Shown here: piece after piece, positions 11,127 through 22,717 of the stretch
How the letters are laid out: each line of letters starts with the position of its first letter
Numbering within the stretch: position 1 is the first letter of the stretch
Program-made: the position numbers and the translations under genes
Notes under the pieces: model-generated
Seen by the model: only the letters and a program-made list of their open reading frames with translations
What the model was told of the DNA's origin: nothing
Databases searched by the model: none
Origin: Piromyces finnis finn
Taxonomy: Eukaryota; Fungi; Neocallimastigomycota
Direction: 5' to 3'
Length of the DNA stretch: 64,000 nucleotides
NCBI GenBank assembly: GCA_002104945.1
Contig: MCFH01000003.1
Span: 930,001 to 994,000 of the forward strand

Positions 11127-11826
11127 TGCTACGGTTCGAGGAATTTACTTTTATTTATAAAATATTAATAAATTTATTAATACTCAAAAATAATATTAAA
11201 ATGAAATAAGAAAAATTGTTTTATTAATAAAATTGTTTTATTAAGATATTAATATAAAATTATAAAATAAAATAAAAATAAAAATATCTGTATATTTTCT
11301 AATTCTTATAATATACACCTTTTTATACTTTTTGTAAAAAATTAAGTAGTGTTAATTAAAAGAATTAGTCTTTAATTATTTACATTAATTTTAGTCTTTA
11401 AATTACTTTTAAATGAATAATAAAATTACATTACTATTATAATAAATATTTATACATATTATTAAATTGATTAACATACATTAAAAGTTTACTTTAAATA
11501 TATTTAACTAAAGAATTTTACTATTTTACAGAAATATTATTCATAATTTTAATTAATAAAAATTCATTAACTTGATAAATTAAACTAAAAGTTCAATAAA
11601 CTATAATTTTCAATATATTATTATTACTAAATTAATTTTTAAGTTTAATAAAATAAAATTTAAGTTCAATAAAAATAATTATTAATAATTTTAAATATAA
11701 TTTAAGTGTATACATTAATTTACAAATAAGAATATTGTAAAGTTTTCATACATTTAGGAACAATAATGGATTAGGTCATAATCATTAATTATGACAAGAA
11801 TAACATTATTTGTTGGTTCCTTAACA
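11127..11826 (-). repeat. 5' LTR of element 1 (700 bp)
   Basis: TGTTAAGGAA...GAACCGTAGCA, followed by the PBS. Confidence 0.93.
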
Positions 11827-11840
11827 GAATAAAAATAAAA

Positions 11841-11911
11841 GCGTTAATAGTATAGAGGTAGAATATTTGCCTTCCAAGCAAATGGCCCGGGTTCGATTCC
11901 CGGTTAACGCA
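11841..11911 (+). tRNA. tRNA-Gly(TCC)
   Basis: Acceptor GCGTTAA/TTAACGC, anticodon arm TTTGC-CTTCCAA-GCAAA, T arm CCGGG-TTCGATT-CCCGG; 71 nt. Confidence 0.95.
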
Positions 11912-11919
11912 TATTTAGT

Positions 11920-11991
11920 GCCTGTTTGGCTTAGTGGTAGAGCGTCGCTCTTGTAAAGCGAAGGTCGGTGGTTCAATTCCGTCAATAGGCA
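11920..11991 (+). tRNA. tRNA-Thr(TGT)
   Basis: Acceptor GCCTGTT/AATAGGC, anticodon arm TCGCT-CTTGTAA-AGCGA, T loop TTCAATT; 72 nt; TTTT at 11996-11999. Confidence 0.93.
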
Positions 11992-12835
11992 ATAATTTTG
12001 TTAAATAATTTTAAGTAAAATGATAATAAATGAAATTTTTTTATATGAAAGTAAAAATTATAATTCTATATTATTTTTACATTAATAGTTATAATATTAT
12101 ATATAACACTAACATTAAATAAATAAATATTTTTAATAAGTTTATTTATTATTTTATATATATTTATTATTATTTATTTATTAATATTTTTTATTAATAA
12201 TTACATTTTTATTATTATAATACAAGTATATAATAACGTCTTTTCTTATAAATTGAAAAGAGCTACATTTTAATTATAGTAAAAATATATATTTATATAA
12301 CATTAAATAAAATTATACTGTGAAATAAATTTAATTAATAAATAATTTTATTAATAAGGTTAACAAAGAGAAAAAGTTACATTGTAAATATTACAGTTAT
12401 ATAATGAGATGTGATATAAAAATAATATGTGACTTGAACATATTATTATATTAGTAATTTTTCCTAATATTAAATTTATATAGCTTTATTATAATATTAA
12501 TTATTTCTACAATATATAAGAATATAATATAAATGTACGACAAATGTAATATCATATAATGTAAAAGAATAATGTAAATGAATGATCCATATAGTTCTAG
12601 CCTTATAATTGGACAATTAATTATTAAGTAAGCCTCATTAGTATAAATAGACTAGAATAAATATTATTAAAAAGGGCTTCTTGTTTTTAGTTAGAATTTT
12701 TAATATTTGACAACGACAGAACGTTTTAGTATTTAGACAGAATAGAAATATTGGAAAGTTATAAATAAAGTTATTAATAAAACATATATTATTTAAAGTT
12801 TAATTCTTTCTACATAAAATTAACCCGTATCAACT

Positions 12836-12853
12836 TGGTGGAGATATCGGGGA
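12836..12853 (+). promoter_or_regulatory. PBS of element 2, tRNA-Ala type
   Basis: TGGTGGAGATATCGGGGA, identical to the element 1 PBS, 3 nt after the LTR. Confidence 0.82.
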
Positions 12854-13345
12854 TAGAAAGAATAGTGTTTTTCGATTTTTAAGAAGTTTTATTGTTATTT
12901 TCCTCCTTTACTACTTAGAAGTAGAAAAGGATATAAAAAAGTTATTATTCTTTTAATAATATAATATAATTAAGTAGTTTATACTAGACAGCTACAACGC
13001 TTGCGTATAAATTATAAAAGTTTAGTATATTTACTCCAGTTATTTATTGAGGTTATTTAAGAGTTGGTAGCTACCATATCAGTTCTTAAATATTCATTAG
13101 GAGAGTAGAGCGCTTCCGGCAGCTATTAAAGAAATATCACCATTCTAACCCACTGTTAGAATAAAGTATTTATTAGTGAGGGCCCGAAGTGGAGGTCGAA
13201 AACTAAACTTGATAAATAAAATATATTAACTAATTAGTTTGTTATATTATTTTAAGTTAAATAAGTAGAAAAATAATTATTAAAAAAAAATTTTTTCTAT
13301 TTACTCATTAATACCTAACCCTTTAAATTTCAGTAAATTTTTGCT

Positions 13346-14286
13346 ATGGCTAATAGATCTTCGTATTATAGACTTCCTATCTTGGATAAAACCCATTGCA
13401 ACGAAGATGTGTGGAAACGTCAGATGGAAGCATGGTTTTCTAGAGAAGGTATTGTTGATGAGAATGAAAAGTTCGATACCATTGTCGGTTGTATCGATTT
13501 CCCAGAAATTGTTGATGAACTAATTAGGTTTGAACGCATGTGGAACAGGCCACCCTCTTTGGATGAATGTATGCCATCAATTAGGAATAGGCTAGCCTAT
13601 TGGAACAACAAACAGGATGGTTTTCGCCGATTAAAGATTATGGTTATTCGTCCTGGAGAAACAGTGGATGAATTCAATAATAGATTTTTGGACCTTTACC
13701 ATTCTTTGGATGCGGAATACCGCCCCAGAATTTCTGTGTACGACTATATGCATGCTATCCGTAGTCGTCCAGAATTACAACATGCCCTCACCATTCGTGA
13801 GCCTGCAATTATTGATGAGGCTTGCCAAACTGCAAAGAACCATGAATACTGGAAAGAATACACCACTTATTCCAATAGCTTTACTCCCGGTTTTAATCCT
13901 CATGGTGCTTATACACCACAGTATCGTCCGATAGATAATCATTATTCCAACCCTAACCCTTATTCTTATTGATATTCCAATAATTCCAGTTACAATTATC
14001 CTTCAACACCGGTTGCTCCTGTCCAGGACCTAGTTACTCAGATCCTTATTTCAACAACAGGCCTCCTGCACCAATGGGTGATGGTTATGCCACTTATCAT
14101 CAATCTGAATATTATACTCCTTATCCTGCTTATAATCCCCCAAATCAGTATCAAAACAGGTATAATTCATCTTACAATCAGCATAGGAATACCCCTCATG
14201 CGTCTGGTAACTTTTCCCAAAAAGTGTGTTATCGCAGCCATCAACCAGGACACCTCCAAAAAGACTGTGGTCGTTTAAATCACTAA
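13346..14286 (+). pseudogene. gag: gag of element 2 (disrupted)
   Basis: ORF 13346-13972 ends in TGA; the C-terminal part is in another frame (14074-14286) with degenerate knuckle CYRSHQPGHLQKDC and ends LNH*, like element 1. Confidence 0.8.
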
Positions 14287-14322
14287 ATGGAGGTCGATCC
14301 ACCTCCAGTAACCAAATGGGTC
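14274..14322 (+). promoter_or_regulatory. Predicted -1 frameshift signal of element 2
   Basis: CGT TTA AAT CAC TAA A then TGGAGGT-C-GATCC-ACCTCCA-10nt-GGGTC; the pol ORF crosses the site in the -1 frame (SFKSLNGG). Confidence 0.75.
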
Positions 14323-17300
14323 ACTCACCATCGGAATCTACGGTCAAAAAGGATATAATTGCTGTAGCTAAAAGGAAATTAGACCCTACAGATGAGGAGG
14401 AATCAGCTCAAACGAAGAGGCGCAACTTGCTCACCTCCTCGAATTCTGATACTACTACTCCTCCTACATCTCCGGTGAGCTCACAACCATCTCAGGCACG
14501 CCCCCAGGCGAATCTTCCCTCTTCAAAAAATTTTCAGGAAAATAACCACAATGGTGCAGCGGGCACTGTCTCGAACCCCCAGTCCCCAGGTCATGCGTTC
14601 GAATCCCCCTCGTTCCCAAACGTAAGTAGTGTTGAAATGGATTTTGAACAAACTCAGGCACCTCCAGATGTCCGTAAGTCCGAGAGCCATGTTAAATCTG
14701 TATCTTTTAAAAATGTTTCCAAGCCGAAAAGTGAAAAGAAAAGTAAAAGTCCCTATTACTTCCTCTCCTAATATCGGAAGCGTACTTTTACAGCCCTTAG
14801 GCCCAAAAGAGAAAACTATACAAGTCATGAAGTTATCTCAAGGGACAAATAGATATGATATCTGCGAAGACTTGAAAAATACTAAGGCTAATGTGACTTT
14901 CGCCCAACTCTTGGAATTATCCAACCAATCTCGTATGGATCTTATCAACAACTTAAAGAAGGAACGTGTTCCTTCTAGCTCGATTGTTATGGGTATGGTT
15001 GAACAGGATAATAAGCCGCTGGAACTACAAGTCGTTAATAATCCTCATCACGATTATGTGTCTGGTGCCGTAAAAGACCACGACATTGCAGTAGTTCATG
15101 CCTTACTGAATGGACATAAGGCTTTTCTTTTAGTTGATTCCTGCAGTAATATTAACTTGGTTTCTAGGAAATTCTTGTTAGATAATATAAACGATTTCAA
15201 AATTGAAGGCCAAGTCTACAGTAAAATTCAACAGGCTATGGCTGATGATAACCTTCGTACCTTTGATTTGGTTGAACTCAATGTGTGTATTGGTTCTCTT
15301 ACCTTTCCGGTCCTATTCCGCATTTGTGATAATGACGACGTATTTTATGATGCTTTGATTGGTTTGAAAGTTCAACATGATCAACTGATTATTGTTGATG
15401 CAGTCGATAAAACTGTTTGTGTTAAGACACGTCAAGGTACTCTGGAACCTCTCACTCCTATTATTGATATTAATTCTTTTAACTCTTTGTGCTATTACTG
15501 TTACTTATTTCCCTCTTCTGATAGGAAACCAATTGTAGCTGCTCTCAAGGACGAGCCTATTTTTAATAAGGAGGATTTAATTCTAGGTAAAGTTGCGGAA
15601 TTACATAATCTTATTCCTTCATATAAGTCTGAAGAACCGATTGTTGTAGATAATTTTCAAAGTCTTCTATTTTCTTTTCGTGATGTTATTGCTTGTTCCA
15701 CTGATGATCTCCAACGTTCAAAACTCCGGTCACACCACATTGAACTTGTCGATGGCGCTAAACCCATTAAAGCTAAAGTTCGGAAGTTGTCACAAGTTCA
15801 ACTAGCTGCTCATATGGGTGAACTTCAAAAACTACTGGATAAAGGCCTTATTGTTCCATTCCATTCCCCCTGGGCTTCTCCCATTGTAATGGTTCCTAAG
15901 AAGCACAATAAATGACGTCTTTGTGCAGATTATAGAAAAGTCAATAATATTACTGTAAAGGATGCCTACTCTATTCCCAACATTAGAGAAACTTTTGAAT
16001 CCATGACTGATTCAAGATTTTTCACGGCCTTAGATCTGTTCAGTGGATACCACCAAATTCCTATGCTACCAGAAGATCAATGTATCACAGCTATTACCAC
16101 GCGTTTTGGAAATTTTGATTACGTAGTCATGCCTTTTGGTTTAACAAACGCGCCCGCGACCTTTCAAAGAGAGATGAATCGTATCTTCTTTGACCTCCTC
16201 AATGTTTGTATTCAAGTATACCTGGATGACATAATTATTTATTCTCCTTCTTACTCACAACATCTTCGTGATATCAAAAAGGTTTTCCAGATCCTTCGCG
16301 ATAATGGTTTAAAGGTCAACATTGAGAAGTGTCACTTTTGCTTACAGGAAGTTGAAGTGTTGGGTCATGTTGTTTCTATTAATGGTCTTCTTCCTATTAA
16401 ATCTAAGGTTGATAATATACTCAAACTAGATCCTCCTAAATCTGTTACTGAACTTCGTTCTTTTCTTGGAATGGTTGGTTATTATAGGGAATTTATTGAT
16501 CACTTTGCTTCCATTACTGCTCCCTTGAATAAACTCCTTAGAAAAGACGCCAAGTTTATTTGGGATTCTGAGTGTAATTCGTCGTTCGTAGCTGCTAAAG
16601 AATATTTAGCCTCTGCCCCTATTCTGTGTTTTCCTCGTTATGATATTCCTTTCATTATTCGCTCTGACGCCAGTTTCAGTGGTATTGGCGGCGTATTATT
16701 GCAACTTTTGGAGGACGGGGTAGAGCATCCTATAAAGTATGCTAGTCGTGCATTAAAGAAAGCTGAATTAAACTACCCTATTACTGAACTGGAAGGTACC
16801 GCTGCTCATTATTGCCTGATGGAATTTCGTCATTATGTCCTAGGAAATCCGTACAAAACTATTTTATATACTGACCACCTTCCGCTAGTTGCTATCATTA
16901 ATAAAAATGAACCTCAAACTTCAAAACACGCTCGCTGGGTTAATGACTTTAGTCAAAATATGGTAGAAGTAAGATATCAACCTGGAAAAGCGAATATTTT
17001 AGCTGACGCATTATCCCGGATGTCATTAAAAGAGGATAACAGTCAGGAAGTGAATGCAAATGCAATAGTTAGTACACTAAATGATACCAATCTTGAGTCA
17101 GAAAATAACGAAAGTGAAAGTGATGAAGAAGAATCTCTATTAGCTCGGAAACAGAGAAAACAAGTTGTAGAAGAACCTACTGAGATGCCTGAATTAATGT
17201 CAGAAGAAGAAAACGAGGAAAATGATAAATATATCTCAGAGGTTATGAAAAACTTTTTAAAAGAAAGAGTAATAAGAATAAATAATCTGTTATATTTCAG

Positions 17301-18393
17301 GGATAACGATAACTTAAGAAAGATTGTTGACGAACCCTTGGAAAAGATCCAGGTCATCGCGAAAAACCATAAAATCGCACATGAAGGACTGCAGAAAACT
17401 TACCAAAGGATCAAGGAAAAGTATTATTGGTAGAACATGGTTTTAGATATAAAAACCTATATTTCTACGTGTAAAATCTGCCAGTTACGGAAGTCCCAAC
17501 CTCTACCTGAAAGAGCCGAGAGATTTGCATCACCAGTCGAAGCCCCGTTTGTCAGAATAGCCGTGGACATAATAGGCCCGTTAAAGACTACTGTGCAAGA
17601 TAATAAATATATCATTGTAGCGGTGGACTATTTTACAAAATGGCCTGAAGCGAAGGCGTTGTCAACGACCACCTCAGAAGATGTAGCGGAATTCCTAACC
17701 GAAGTATTTAGTCGCCACGGAGTCCCACAATTGGTCTTAATGGATAATGGTGTACAATTTACTTCCGACTATACAAAAATATTTTTAGATTTATATGATA
17801 CTTATGTACACTTCGTATCCACTTACCACCCAGAGTCAAATGGTCTAGTGGAAAATAAGAGTAGGGAAATTGGAAAACAGCTACAATTCTTAGTAGAGAA
17901 CAATGAAGACTGGGACAAATACTTACCAGTAGCTCTATGGGCGTTAAGGACCAGTATATCTACAACTGGATTCTCTAGTTTTGAACTTGTTTATGGAAGA
18001 AAGGATGCACGCCCAATAGATTTAGTGCTGATGGAAACATATCAAGAAACTTTAGGAAGATCCACAGAAGAAATTATAATGGAAAGGTTCGTGGATCACG
18101 CTAAATGGATAAGGAAGGCGGCTTCAAAAATGCTAGGTACTCTAAAGTATTGGGAAGCTAGAAGACAAAATAAAATAAGCATGGCTCATAAGGAAGAATA
18201 CAAAATAGGCGATCTAGTCAAATTAAGGAATTTCAACAGAACAAAATTGGAACCATATTTTAAAGGACCTTATCAAATCCTAGATATCGCCTGGAATACG
18301 GTCAAGCTCAAAGACTACAATACAGGACAAGAACTAACCAGGTATACACATATGAAGAATATCCTCCCATATAAAGAAAATATTTCGTTATGA
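14274..18393 (+). pseudogene. pol: pol of element 2 (PR-RT-RH-IN) with a frameshift and premature stops
   Basis: LVDSCSN, YLDD, SDASFSGIGGVL, DNGVQF and HPESNGLVE motifs; in-frame stops at 15913-15915 and 17431-17433; frame change near 14630-14770. Confidence 0.92.
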
Positions 18394-19599
18394 GAGGTAT
18401 AGTTGTATAGTTATGAACACATAAATACACTAAAAAATAAAAAAAAAAAAAGAAAAGAAAAAAAAGGAATTATAGTTGGACACGAGAAGCTTACACGACG
18501 ACACTAAATTGAAATTTCATTTTAAAACACTTTTTTTTATATTATTTACAGACTATACTTTATTTAAAATTAAAATTATGATATTTTACAAACTATATAT
18601 GTTTAACATATATATAAAAAAAAAAAAAAAATTGAAATTTCGAAATTGAAATTGAAAAAGTCAAAAAGGGATTTTGAATTTCGAAAAGTTGATTAACTCC
18701 TGTCCTGTTCGACCTTGCTAAATCTCGAGTAGCCCCTACCTTAGTTATTGATAATAATAATAAATAATCATTATAATAAATAATAAATAATAATTATAAT
18801 AATAATAGTAGTAGTTTAATTAGTAATTAGTATATATAAATAATTATAATAATAATTAAAAAAAAAATTTTATTAGTATTTTTTTTCAATTTTTTTTAAT
18901 TTTAGAAATTTAGTTTTATAACCAGAAAAATTAATATTATAACCAGATACGCTCAGTAAAAATTTTGTATCTTAAATTATACTTCGCTCTCCTATAGCGA
19001 GGGGATTTTTGATATAAAAATAATATGTGACTTGAACATATTATTATATTAGTAATTTTTCCTAATATTAAATTTATATAGCTTTATTATAATATTAATT
19101 ATTTCTACAATGTATAAGAATATAATGTAAATGTATGACAAATGTAATATCATGTAATGTAAAAGAATAATGTAAATGAATGATCCATATAGTTCTAGCC
19201 TTATAATTGGACAATTAATTATTAATTAAGCTTCATTAATATAAATAGACTAGAATAAATATTATTAAAAAGGGCTTCTTGTTTTTAGTTAGAATTTTTA
19301 ATATTTGACAACGACAGAACATTTTAGTATTTAGACAGAATAGAAATATTGGAAAGTTATAAATAAAGTTATTAATAAAATATATATTATTTAAAGTTTA
19401 ATTCTTTCTACATAAAATTAACCCGTATCATTTATATGGTAACATGTCCTTACATCTCATTATATAACTGTAATATCTACATTGTAACTTTTTCTCTTTG
19501 TTAATCTTAATAAAATTATTAATTAATTAAATTTATTTCACAAAATTAATTATTAATAAAGAATTCTTTTTAATTAGGCTTAAATAGTTCAAAACAATA

Positions 19600-19710
19600 G
19601 GATAAGCGTTTTAGTATACAGAATAGAAATATTGAAACATAATTAATAATGTTATAAAGGCAATATAATTTAAAATTAAATTCTTTTTACATAAAAATAA
19701 CCTCTATCAC
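19600..19710 (+). mobile_element. 3' fragment of an LTR related to the element 2 LTR
   Basis: ...CAGAATAGAAATATT...CATAAAAATAACCTCTATCA resembles the element 2 LTR end; the same fragment is at about 62575-62678. Confidence 0.5.
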
Positions 19711-19933
19711 TTATATCTAGTAATATGATTCAGTATAAAATAAATTTATCATTAACGTGTTCAATGTACTACTTTTAAAAGTTGAACCACAATTATAAAA
19801 TTTGACAGCACTAATTTTATTAAGTTTTATTATTACGTTATTAAGTAAATAATTAATAGAAATATAAAATTATATTAAGTTAAAATATATATTACCTAAT
19901 ACTCTTATCAATCTAAGTATTTTACAAAATTAA

Positions 19934-20005
19934 TGCCTATTGACGGAATTGAACCACCGACCTTCGCTTTACAAGAGCGACGCTCTACCACTAAGCCAAA
20001 CAGGC
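19934..20005 (-). tRNA. tRNA-Thr(TGT), second copy
   Basis: Reverse complement matches 11920-11991. Confidence 0.93.
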
Positions 20006-20013
20006 ACTAAATA

Positions 20014-20084
20014 TGCGTTAACCGGGAATCGAACCCGGGCCATTTGCTTGGAAGGCAAATATTCTACCTCTATACTATTAACGC
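20014..20084 (-). tRNA. tRNA-Gly(TCC), second copy
   Basis: Reverse complement matches 11841-11911. Confidence 0.95.
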
Positions 20085-20098
20085 TTTTATTTTTATTC

Positions 20099-20955
20099 TG
20101 TTAAGGAATGAACATAAATAGTTGAATTAGCTAGAATTTTAGGAATTAACCTTCAACTATTTATATTCCTTACTAGTGTTTAACTCTATTTTTAAAATAT
20201 AAAATTATAATATATAATTTTTATACATTTTTCTAGTAATTATTAATATTTTTATTATATAGTTATATTATTTGTATATAGTTATTTAAGACCTTTATTA
20301 TTAGTATTAGTATAATTACTTATAATATTTTATACTTATAAATTTTACAAAATTTTATTATTAAAATAGTTATAGGTATTTTATTATTATTTAAGGTTTA
20401 TTTTATTAATTAACTTTATTGTATAATATTTTATAATTTGAAATTATGACATAGAATTTAATTATAATTTTTACTAAAAGAGGCAACTGTTACACACAAA
20501 ACAGAAGATACCTCGACAGAAAAATTATTATTTATGTCTAAAAAAGGGCATAATTAATTGAATAATATAATTTTATTATATGTCATAATTAAATATATAA
20601 TATATGATATGCAAAAACGTTACACATATCATAAATTAAAATTTTATTAATTATAAATTAAAAATTTTTCTATTCAAATATTAAGAGATTATTCATAATA
20701 TATATTAAGGATTTAATTAATATATGTTACAGTGAATGATCCATATATTATGAATGAAATCAATTTAAATCCTTAGCTATCCAAAACCATTAAATTTCAA
20801 ATAATGGATAGTTGGAAAAAGTACGAGGATTTTTGAGAAAAATTTTAAAAATTGAAAAATCAAAAATAAATTAAATGAATAAAAATTAAAATTAAATAAA
20901 TTTTTATTTTTATAACTATTCAAGTGTTTTGTGATATCTTATTTGAACCGTAGCA
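20099..20955 (+). mobile_element. Solo LTR-B (857 bp), termini shared with LTR-A
   Basis: TGTTAAGGAA...GAACCGTAGCA flanked by ATTC at 20095-20098 and 20956-20959; interior unlike LTR-A. Confidence 0.8.
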
Positions 20956-20959
20956 ATTC

Positions 20960-21666
20960 TGTTAAGGAACCAATAAATAATGTTATTCTTGTCATAATTA
21001 ATGATTATGACCTAATCCATTATTGTTCCTAAATGTATGAAAACTTTACAATATTCTTATTTGTAAAATAATGTATACACTTAAATTATATTTAAAATTA
21101 TTAATAATTATTTTTATTGAACTTAAATTTTATTTTATTAAACTTAAAAATTAATTTAGTAATAATAATATATTGAAAATTATAGTTTATTGAACTTTTA
21201 GTTTAATTTATCAAGTTAATGAATTTTTATTAATTAAAATTATGAATAATATTTCTGTAAAATAGTAAAATTCTTTAGTTAAATATATTTAAAGTAAACT
21301 TTTAATGTATGTTAATCAATTTAATAATATGTATAAATATTTATTATAATAGTAATGTAATTTTATTATTCATTTAAAAGTAATTTAAAGACTAAAATTA
21401 ATGTAAATAATTAAAGACTAATTCTTTTAATTAACACTACTTAATTTTTTTACAAAAAGTATAAAAAGGTGTATATTATAAGAATTAGAGAATATACAGA
21501 TATTTTTATTTTTATTTTTATTTTATTTTATAATTTTATATTAATATCTTAATAAAACAAATTTATTAATAAAACAATTTTTCTTATTTCATTTTAATAT
21601 TATTTTTGAGTATTAATAAATTTATTAATATTTTATAAATAAAAGTAAATTCCTCGAACCGCAACA
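20960..21666 (+). mobile_element. Solo LTR-A (707 bp)
   Basis: Near-identical to 3954-4660 inverted; ATTC on both sides (20956-20959, 21667-21670). Confidence 0.92.
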
Positions 21667-21720
21667 ATTCGATAAATAATGAAATTAATAAATATAAAAT
21701 TATTATTATACCTGATTTTT

Positions 21721-22712
21721 TGTGAAGATATTAACTGGATTTAAAACAAATTCAGATAATATCTATAATTAATTAAACATAATAATTAGAATTAAATGAT
21801 CCCAATAATTATTTTAAAACACCTTTAAAAGTCACCTTTTAAATTTTGATTCGGTGAAAGGGTTATGATTTCAAAAAATTTAATATCAATACACTATAAC
21901 CCTTAGCCAAAAATAAACAAACACAAAACTAGGCATAACTCGCCAAAAATGATCGCTACGGCTGTAAGTGCTACGGTTGTGAAACCAAGTTTATTAGAAA
22001 GCTTAAGGGAAAAGCTATATTTTGGTATAATCGCGGTCCTTCTAACTGGTCATTTAAGGAAGATATGATCATTTGAAGATTTTAATAAGTAAATTAAAAT
22101 TAATATGATATCAAGTATGGATCATAGACATTTCTTATGACTTGACGAAAATTAAAAAGATATCAATAGAAATTCTAATTATATTAATTTAATTAATGAT
22201 AGTGACTGTTACTAAAAATAGAACTAAACCATTTAGGTGTAACAGTTAACATTTATAAATTAAATAATTTTAATTATTATAAAATAGGCTAATGGATCAA
22301 GTGTTTAAATGATTAATCATATGTTTATTTTATTTTATGTCATGACAAAACAAACAAACAAACAATCTTATTATATTATTAACATATTACATGTAATACT
22401 TTATTTTTATCAATTTAATAATCTGAACAAAGAATATAAAATAGAATGAATTGAATTTGATTTTAATTCTTTGTAAAGATTATAGTTATAATCTTAATTA
22501 TATAGTTATTAAATATATTATCATTTATATTATTATTATTAATAAATAAATAAAATTTTATAAAAAAAGTTATTCTAAAGAATAAATATTAATTTTTCAT
22601 TTGGAAGTTTAAAAGGTTATTTTATATTTAAATTTAATTTCTTAAAAACATATTTACTATATAATTGATAACATTCTGACCTGGCCGCATAACCAAATCC
22701 AAAAACTTAACA
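21721..22712. mobile_element. Solo LTR-C (992 bp)
   Basis: TGTGAAGATA...CTTAACA; inverted near-identical copy of 2899-3899; preceded by TTTTT, followed by AAATT. Confidence 0.85.
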
Positions 22713-22717
22713 AAATT

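Larger units (their letters stand above)
3954..11826 (-). mobile_element. Full-length, apparently intact Ty3/Gypsy LTR retrotransposon (element 1)
   Basis: LTRs 11127-11826 and 3954-4660; TSD GAAT at 3950-3953 and 11827-11830; PBS; purine/G tract GTGGGGGCACT before the 3' LTR; open gag and PR-RT-RH-IN pol. Confidence 0.95.
12412..19430 (+). mobile_element. Full-length degenerate Ty3/Gypsy element (element 2), a different family from element 1
   Basis: 421-bp LTRs 12412-12832 and 19010-19430 (TGATA...TATCA); PBS 12836-12853; PPT-like AGCGAGGGGA before the 3' LTR; disrupted gag/pol; no TSD found. Confidence 0.92.
12319..19542. repeat. About 90-bp inverted repeat arms (12319-12411 and 19453-19542) bracketing element 2
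   Basis: ...CAGTTATATAATGAGATG left of the element is the reverse complement of CATCTCATTATATAACTG... 22 nt right of it. Confidence 0.75.
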
